Assembly (NCBI RefSeq): GCF_018350175.1
Contig: NC_058382.1
Location: forward strand, 57,910,001 to 57,974,000
From: Felis catus
Taxonomy: Eukaryota
Reading direction: 5' to 3'
Length of the DNA: 64,000 bases
Part shown: piece after piece, positions 40,483 to 48,500 of the stretch
Layout of the letters: every line of letters starts with the position of its first letter
Position numbering within the stretch: the stretch's first letter is position 1
Made by a program: the position numbers and the translations under genes
The notes under the pieces: model-generated
What the model was told of the DNA's origin: nothing
The model's input: the letters and a program-made list of their open reading frames with translations, nothing else
Databases searched by the model: none

Positions 40483-42530
40483 GGCACATGCTCGGGAAGT
40501 TCCGCTTAAAGACCAGCTTAGCCAAGAAAACTCCCACCTCCCTCATTTTGTCCTGTTGACCCCTGTGGCCCTCCTCCCTCACACAGAGCCACAAAGGGGC
40601 AACACACACACATTCTCACTCCCAACGTGCCAGGCCTCTGTGCCCAGGGCATCACTCTGCCTCAGTTCATGGGCACACACACACAAATCTGGTGCACTGT
40701 GCAGAGCAGGAAACTGAGGCCTGGGGCGCTAAGAGGTTCGTCTGACGCTCACACAGACAGAAGAGGGACGGGGCAGGATCGAGACCCCAGTGCACAGGAC
40801 CCAGGCCCTGAGTGAGCCCCCAGATATGTGACCAGCGAGCAAGCCGGACCTGGTTCCTGCCCCGGGGGTGCGGGGCCCGGCGGGGGGGGGGGGGAGACGG
40901 GTGGGTGGACCCAGGCTGCAGCTCAGGGAAGAGTTGGACAGAAAAATAAATAAAACCAACAGCAAATTCCTTTGCCAGTGAGTTGAGACAGAGAATAGCG
41001 TGGGGGACCTGCTGGGGATGGCGAAGGCAGGGAAGCCTTTGGGGGAAGACGCTGCAGCCGAGGCCGCAAAGGTGAGCAGCACTCGCACAAAGAGAACCCA
41101 ACCCGCAGACGCATTTTGAGGAGGGAGGAAGCACGAGCTTAAGGGGTTCACGGGTAACCCCACGGGGATCTGCATTTCCAAAGGGGCACGGTTTCACCGG
41201 TAACCTCTCGGTCTGTGTGGGGCTCGAGGGTTGTGCTAGGGGCCCAATGAGTGGACCTGGCCCCTTAACGTTTCCTCATCGGTTCCCTCCTGCCACCAAA
41301 ATGCCAGAAGCAGGGAGAAACCCTTGCCCTGCCCCAGCATTCCTTGGGGACAGTTTTTGCTGACGCAACTCTTTTCTGCAGTACTGGGTTTCCGGCGGTG
41401 TTGGTGGCGATGATGATTTTTTTAACTCCTAGACTGTGACCCCTGGAATACGCTCCAGGGGTTCCCGGGAGCCGGCCCCTCGCCCGTGTTCTGCTGATTT
41501 ATAATGCGTGCCCCCCCCATGCCAAGGGGGAAGCCTAGGTTTATTTACGTGCCAGTGCCCCGGAGGGCAGAGGGCCCACCTGGCACCTTTGTCCCCAGGC
41601 TCACTCTGGGTTCCAGCTGGCAGGCAGGGACAGCTCACTGTCAACTGCTCTGAAGTCAGAGACTCAGAGACTTTTGAAGCTGGAAGAGATGTCATTTCGT
41701 AGATGGGAAGAGCAGGCCCAGCGAGGCCTGGATTCGCACAAGGGCCTCCCAGCCTGAGCCAGGGCGGTGGGGAGGACAGAAGGGGCCCGGCCACGGGGCC
41801 ACATGTTTGCCTGGCGTGGGGCTTGGAGTCCACTGCCTGGGGCTGAATCCCTCCCGCCACTCCGGAAAAGTACCTTAAACCCCCCGTGGCTCTTTTTTTC
41901 CCATCTGTGAAATGGGTAGATGTCAGCACTCAACCCAGAGTTAGTTACTGGGGGCAGGCACTGGGCTGATGTGTAGAAAGTGCTTAGCATGGCCCCTGGC
42001 ACGCAGTCGGTCCCCTGCCAGAGCTCCTAGTTATTAGGAGGAAGAAAGGGCCCAGAGTTGTTGAGTCACTTGCTCTGGAACGCACAGCGCCGAGACACGC
42101 AGGACCCTTTCTGTGCTGCCGGTGGGGCTGCAGTGGCCGCGGGGCAGCGGGGGGGGGGGGGGGGGGGCGGAGAGCTGTGTGGCAGGTTAAAGACTCCGGC
42201 CCCCTGACGGCGCCTTCGCCACCACGCCCCAGGACCCAGGGAACTGCTCCTGTTCCGTCTCCACATTCGGCGCACTGGACCCCGAAAGGTGCCCCAACGC
42301 AGGGCGGCGCAGGGCCGCCAACGGCCCTCCTTCGCCCCCCTCCCCGCCGCTTTGAAACGGGGAAGGGGCCGCAGCGCCCCGAGCCGCCCCTCCCGAGAGC
42401 CACTCTCCCCCCCGCCCCCCTCCCCCCCCCACGGGGCTCCTCGGAGTCTCGGCGCCGGCCGCGTCCTCACCGGGCTCCTCCCGCGCGCCCCGCTCGCCCT
42501 TTACTTAACCGCTGTCCGGGTGGGGGGGGG

Positions 42531-42638
42531 GAGCGAGAGCGAGAGAGCGAGAGCGAGAGAGCGAGAGCGAGAGAGCGAGAGCGAGAGAGCGAGAGCGAGA
42601 GAGCGAGAGCGAGAGAGCGAGACGGAGAGAGAGAGAGC
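42531..42638 (+). repeat. GA-rich tandem repeat (GAGAGCGAGAGAGC)6 plus degenerate flanks
   Basis: Six perfect 14-mers at 42535-42618. Confidence 0.95.
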
Positions 42639-42876
42639 GCGGGCCCCTGCCCGGGGCGGGATCCTCGGCGCGCGGGCCCCCGCCGGACACGGCCCCGACC
42701 GCGGAGCCGCCGGGCCATTGTGCGCAGTCCGGGCGGCGGGGTGGGGGGGGGAGGGAGGGAGCGCCGGGGAGGCGGGGCGGGCGCGCGGGGGAGGGCTTCC
42801 CCGCCCGCCGCGCGCCCGCCCCCCGCCCCTCCCCCGCCGCCCTCCGCGCCGCCCCGCCCCCCTCCTCCCCAATTAA

Positions 42877-43155
42877 ATGACCCCACGCTTTGGCAGGCGC
42901 CGGAGCTCGCACATGCGGCCGCCGCTCCAGCCGCCCGGGGCCCGCCGCTGCCGCCGCCGCCGCCGCCGCCGCTGCCGCTGCGTTCCGGGCGCGCTCGCCG
43001 CGGCGCCGCCGGGGGCTCGGCAGGCCGGGGTGGGGGGGGCGCCCCCGCGAGCGGCCGTGCGCCCGCGCCCGCGCCGGCCGCCCGCCGCCAAACTTCGCGG
43101 CGCGCTCATGCCCCACGTCGGGCGCGGCGTGGGCGGCGTGGGCGGCGGGCGCTGA
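42877..43155 (+). other. Candidate upstream ORF
   Basis: Three in-frame ATGs (42877, ~42913, 43108) share TGA 43153-43155, 46 nt before the main ATG and out of frame with it. Depends on TSS position. Confidence 0.4.
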
Positions 43156-43201
43156 GGGCGGCCCCGGGGGGCGCGGGCGCACGGGCGGACGCGGCGCGGC
43201 C

Positions 43202-43395
43202 ATGAGCGGGCGGCCGGCGCCGCTCTCCCGCAAGCAGCGGCTCATGGCAGCCGTGGGCGAGCGGGCGGCGGCGGCGGGCGGCGGCGGGGGCGGCGGCGGC
43301 GGCGGCGGCGGCGGGGGGGGCGCGCCGCTCTCCTGCTTCATCTGCGGCGGCGGCATCGGGCGCGGCAAGGAGCTGAAGCTGCAGGTGAGGCAGCC

Positions 43396-43427
<32 letters not shown>

Positions 43428-45533
43428 GCGCGGGCGCCGCGGCCCAGCCCTTCTTCCCGTTCCTGCAGCAGCAGGAGCCGGCGCCCGGCGCGCGCGAGCT
43501 GTGCCCGGCCGACGGCTGCGTGCTGGTGTGCGCCGTGTGCCGCTGCTTCCTGGGCGAGCAGTGGGCCGCGTTCGAGCGCGCCCGCACGCCGGTGGACAAG
43601 CGCATGTACTGGCTGAAGCGGCCGCACCAGTGCGACGCGGGCGCGGCCGGGCGCCGCGGGGCCGCCGGGGGCCCCCGCGAGTGGAACGTCGCCTACGCGC
43701 TGGGCGGCGCGGCCGGCGACGAGACGCGGGACTCCGAGCTGTCGGAGCTGTCGGACACCGACCCCCTCTCCGAGCCGGAGCCGGCCGCGCGCGACGCCGC
43801 CAGTCCCCGCCGGGACGGGGCGCCGGCTGCGGCGGCGGCGGCGGCGGCGGCGGCGGGGGCGGCGCGCGGCCCTCCGGGGCCCGGGCCTCGCGCGGGCCGC
43901 TGCCAGGAGTGGAGGCCGGCGCCGGGACCCCCTCCGGGACAGGGCGACGCGGAGGAGGCGGAGGAGGAGGAGGAGGGCGTCCCCTCGAAGCCGCGCGGGG
44001 ACGGGGAGCCCAAGGCCGGCACGAGGCGCCGGCGGAAGACGGCCGGGAGGCACTGGGTCCCCGAGGCCCGGGCCAGCGTCCTGAGGGGCGTTCAGGACCC
44101 TTGGCAAGGCCCCCCGGTCCAGGCGGCCCCCGCGGACGGCGCCAAAGGAGTGCCTCCGGGCACGGCCGCCAGGACTCCTCCGGAGAGCAGGCCGCCGGGG
44201 GAGACCCGCGGGAGCTACTGCGTGTCCGAGGACAGTGACATCAACATCACCAGCGAGGAGGAGCCCCTGCCCGGCGCCAAAGACAAGGAGAACGGAGGCG
44301 CCGGCCCCTGGGCTTCCCCGGAGAGCCGGGCCGCGCCAGCAGAGGGCCTCTGCTGCTACATCTGCGGGTCGCCGCTGGGCCCGGCCTCGCGGCACCAGAT
44401 CCACGTGCAGAAGCAGGAAAAGTTGGCTCAGGCGCCCTTCTTCCCCTTCCTGTGGCTGCACAGCCCCCCTCCGGGGGCCCAGCCCATCAGCGAGGGCGGC
44501 AGCACCCTGGTGTGCCCCTGCTGCTTCTCCTCGCTCATGCAGCAGTGGCAGAGCTTCGAGCTGGCCGACGTGCCCGTCCTGCAGCGACTGTACGTGGTGC
44601 CCCTGAACAGCCATGCCCCGGGCATGGCCTCCAAGGGCCGCCGGCTCCCCAGGGAGGAGGGCCCGCCCGCCGGGGCCCTGCCGGAGGCCTGCTATCTCTG
44701 CGGGGAGGATTGTACCCAGGACGCCCGGGCCGTGGCCTCCAGGATCCTGAACGGCACCCCCAGGGGCTCCATGCACTTCCCCTTCCTCAGCCTGCTGCCC
44801 CGCCCCCCCAACGCCCGGGGCCCCCGACAAGCGCTGCGAGGTCCGGAGCTGTCCCAAGTGCTTCAGCGTCCTGGAGGACGTGTGGGCCCTGTACCGGGCC
44901 TGCCACAACGACGAACTTATCACCTCCGTGCAGGGCTTCCTGGGCAGGTACCACCAGGCCTTCTCGGCCTCGGACCCCGCCCTCTCCGAGCCGCCCGCGT
45001 CGGCCCCGGGCAGCCCGGCCTCCGTCTGCTACGTCTGCGGGGCCGAGCTGGGCCCCGGGAAGGAGTTCCAGCTCAACGTGAACCCCTCGGGCCGCCTGGG
45101 CGAAAAGGAGCCCTTCTTCCCGTTCCTCACCGTCTACCCGCCCGCCCCACGCGCCAGGCCCGCGGACTCCACCGGCCTGGTGGCCACCTGCGTCCTGTGC
45201 TACCACGACCTGCTGGGCCAGTGGCTGCAGCACGAGGCCCGCGGCGCCCAGCGCACCGTCAGCGCCTGGTCTCGGCAGTACCGGGTGGAGACGTTCGTGT
45301 GCTTCTTCTGCCGGCAGGAGAAGGAGCGGTGTCTCGGGCTGAGGGCCGTGCGGGTCGCCCGGCTGCCGCTGTTCCTCTACACCCTGCGAGCCAGCCGCAG
45401 CCTGCTGGTGGACGACGGGCGGCAGCTGATCATCGGCGCCTGCGTGGAGTGTGGGACCCTGGTGTGCGCCGGCCAGGGGCTGGCCCGCCAGGGGCCCCTC
45501 GGTTGGAGCTCCCCGGCGGCACCGGCGACGAAG
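43202..45533 (+). CDS. GSE1: Large first coding exon (about 777 aa after removing one base at ~44825) of a long GSE1 (Gse1 coiled-coil protein) isoform or GSE1-like gene, with five Cys-rich putative zinc-binding repeats
   Basis: ATG in good Kozak context (gccATG, 43202) inside a CpG island. Strong GC3 codon bias. Five internally homologous CxxC...FPFL...CxxC repeats, spread over the frame of ORF 42890 (to ~44824) and the frame of ORF 44880 (from 44826). Canonical donor AAG|GTAAGC at 45533/45534 in phase 0, with no downstream exon in 18 kb. The gene name rests on my recollection that GSE1 has a distal ~2.3-kb first coding exon followed by a very long intron; it needs BLAST and synteny confirmation. 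Confidence 0.72.
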
Positions 45534-45539
45534 GTAAGC
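45531..45539 (+). other. 5' splice donor of the first coding exon
   Basis: AAG|GTAAGC consensus match at the point where protein-like sequence ends (...PAAPATK). Confidence 0.85.
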
Positions 45540-48500
45540 GGCGGTTTTCTCTTTGGCCTCTGCGATCCGAGCGGGGAAGGAAGACGTGTTGTTTTCTGTG
45601 CCTCTGCCGGGGAGGCGTTTGTACTGGTTCTGTGTGCCGCGTTCCAGTAGGAGGTGCCCTCCTGGGGCCGCCGGGCTGGTGCGTGGGGGACAGCGCCGGC
45701 CTGGCTGAGCTGGCAGGCGAGTGGAGTTGGGGGGGACCGGTCTTGTGGCAGAACAGGGCGCTGCGGAAAAGGGCAGGCACGGGCCTGAACTTGAGGGTGT
45801 TTGCAGCGAGCGGAGTGTGTCACACGGAGGAAGCTGGGGGCGCGTCTGTCATCCGCCTGATAACATTGGTCATTAGTGCGGCCACGCGGGTCACCGTGAG
45901 GTCTCTGCACTAGCCCCTTTGGAAACGCAGCAGACGTGGACGGTCCTCTCCGCTCCAGCGCCCGCTCTGTGTAGCTTCTGCAGCTTTCCACACCCAAGTT
46001 CGCACTTGTCCTTTGAGACCCTCTGGTTGCTTAACAGCAGATGGAACCAGATTTTCAGACGTGGGGGTTTGGGACCCTGGGGGACAGTGGCCTGAGCAGA
46101 CTCCCCCCCCCCCCCCACTCCCCTCCACGGTGGGAAGAGAGTCTTTCTTCTCTGCAAATCAGCTGTGCAGAAGGAGGCGGGGGTGGGGGGGTTGCTGGCG
46201 CCCTGTTTATAAGGCGCCTGCCTTCACGCTGCCTGCCCCGGAGGAGCCAGACGGGGCTCAGTTAATTTTGGATCTGCCTCTGCAGAGGCCGAGGCAGGAC
46301 CTGCCCCCAGCGGGTCTGGGGAAGTAGGTGTTTGTGAGTCGGGATCACCGTCGTGGCCGAGGGGGCCCTGAACTGTAATCCCCACCAGAGACCGTGAGAC
46401 CGGCCTGTTTGATCGGATGCCTGTCACGGTACCACGTCGCGGGCGTGGGGCCCGCGACCGGTGCTTGCTCTGTGCCGTCGTGCTCTGCCCGGGCTACCTT
46501 CTCTGCACGCGTCCCCTTCGGGCCGCGGAGGTGTCGCTGGGGGCTTTGTTGGGCCTCTCGTTCTAAACGGGGGCCCACATCGCTCCCCGCTGTGGGTGCG
46601 GACTCCTCGTTAGCAGCACGTGGCGGTCCAGCCTCTGGATCTGCTGCTGGGCATCTAAAGCGGTTTCCGGAAGGGCCAGGACTTGGGAGGTGAGCCCGGC
46701 TTCTGCGCTTGCTACCAGATCCCCAGTGTCTGGAACAGTGCCTGGCTCAGAGTAGGCGCTCCGTAAACATGTGTTGCGCCACCAGCGCCGTCCCCAAGCA
46801 TCCCGCCCCGTCTCCTGGGAACTGAGCACGTGAGAGCACGTGTCTGGGCTCGTCCCCCTGGTGCGGAGCGGAGGTTCGGAGCGCCTGCCGCGGAGGGCCA
46901 GTGTGCGACCGTCGTGGGCATTCGGATGCCCCCGGAAGGTCAAGCCCTTGGCGCCCAGTGGGACCCTCCCATCCACCTGGTGTGTCGGGCAGACTGTTCT
47001 AGGAGGCAGGCCAGTTCCTCTGTGAGGCTGTCGCTTCGCGGGGTGGCCGCGGGTCTCGGGCTCCGTGGCGGTGCCGCGTGCTGGCCACAGCGCCCTCTCT
47101 GAGGTTTCCGAGTGCTGTCTGCACAGCGTCCACGCCGTGGCGAGTTTTTCCGTTGTTGATTTGCTCACTCATCGGGAGTTGATGAGCTGCCAAGCGCGGG
47201 CCTCGTGGGCAGGAACTTGAGGAAACAGTCCAGCTGGGAAGGTTGGGGTGGAGGGGAGCCTCGTGGGGATGAAAACGCAAGCCGGAGTCTGCCCGGAAGG
47301 GGTCAGCGTGAGTTGGGGAAGGCTGGCTGGCTTGCTCGGTTTGGCGCCATTTCCAAAGCGTCTGCTCCTGGGAGGCCTTATTGCCCCCATTTCGCAGACG
47401 AGAAGTCAGAGAAGTCAGGTGGCATCGGTGACTGTCCCACAACCGGTAGAGGTGGCCGAAGTGGGTCTTCAACCTATGTCTTCCCAGCCCCGAGCCCCAC
47501 TCGGTCCTCGGGCGGGGTGCGGTGGAGAGGGAGGGGTCAAGGGTGAGGAGGCGCGGAGGCAAGGGGCGACCAGAGGTGCTTAGTGGGGATGACGGCGGGG
47601 GGGACGAGGCTGGTGTGCACGGAAGGCCCCGGAGTCAGGCACAGGAGGCAGTTTTGGAGTTGGAGGCACAGGGGAGAGAGAAAAAGTCCTTGAAAGAAGG
47701 CTTGGAACGCGCCGGGAAGAGATCCACCCAGGGCTGGGCCGTGGCAGCCGTCCAGGTGGGTGGCGAGGCCATCGGCCTTGGCGGTGGGGGGGCGGGGGGG
47801 GGGGAGGCGGGATGGGGAGGGCAGCCGTGCGGCTCCAGTAGTCAGAGGGAGGACCGGGGAGCATCAGCTCCCGCCTGTGAGAGGGTAGAATGCCGGAAAC
47901 TCAGCCTCCTGCCCTTCCTTCCTCCCTCCCTGCCGTTCATTTAACAAATGTTTATGGAGCGCCTACTCTGAGCCAGGCACTGTTCCAGACGCTGGGGATC
48001 TGGAGGCAAGTGCAGCGCCTTCAGTGTCGGGGGGAGGGGTGCGGAGCCCGGCACAGAATACCACTTCCCGCGGAGCCGTAAACAAAGCGGGGCCGGGGCT
48101 CTCCAGAGGCGCCACGGTGGGCATGAGGCCTCAACACGGTGCGGCTGGAAACAGACCCGGGACTCCCGGCGGGGGCTGGCAGGGTTCGCTCCTGCCAGCC
48201 CCCGAGCCCTGTCTGTCTCCGCCGTGTGGTTTGAGAACTTGGGTGGGAGTGGCCAGGGGCATTGGAAGGTAGCCACAGGGAAACCACTGAGCCGGAACGG
48301 CATGTTCCGGAACCTCGTCTATACCGCCTCCCGCGATGCCTCCGTTGTTTCCTGCTCAACGTTCATTCATTGGTGAATCAGCTTTAAACAGTGTGAAAGA
48401 ACATGGAGAAAGAGAGGGGACGGGAAAGAGAGAGAGGAAGAGAAAGGAAAGAAAAGAAGTCACCGACACCCTCTGTCGGGATCGCGTTTGCGGCTTTTCG

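Larger units (their letters stand above)
42100..45700. promoter_or_regulatory. CpG island covering promoter, 5'UTR and first exon
   Basis: Extremely GC- and CpG-dense. Multiple GC boxes (GGGGCGGG / CCCGCCCC, ~42650-42860), a GA-rich repeat, and (GCC)n in the putative 5'UTR. Confidence 0.9.

Noticed and set aside
44817..44828. Programmed ribosomal frameshift at GGC CCC CGA
   Set aside because: It would need a +1 shift. There is no canonical eukaryotic shift site or stop-codon pause, and a homopolymer error is far more parsimonious.
43106..44923. 605-aa minus-strand ORF (and 42505-43605)
   Set aside because: Antisense shadow of a GC3-rich coding exon, with no recognisable protein features.
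42890..45913. 1007-aa ORF taken as a complete single-exon gene
   Set aside because: It starts at a TTG in the GC-rich UTR. After ~44825 it is out of frame with repeats 3-5, and it runs past the splice donor.
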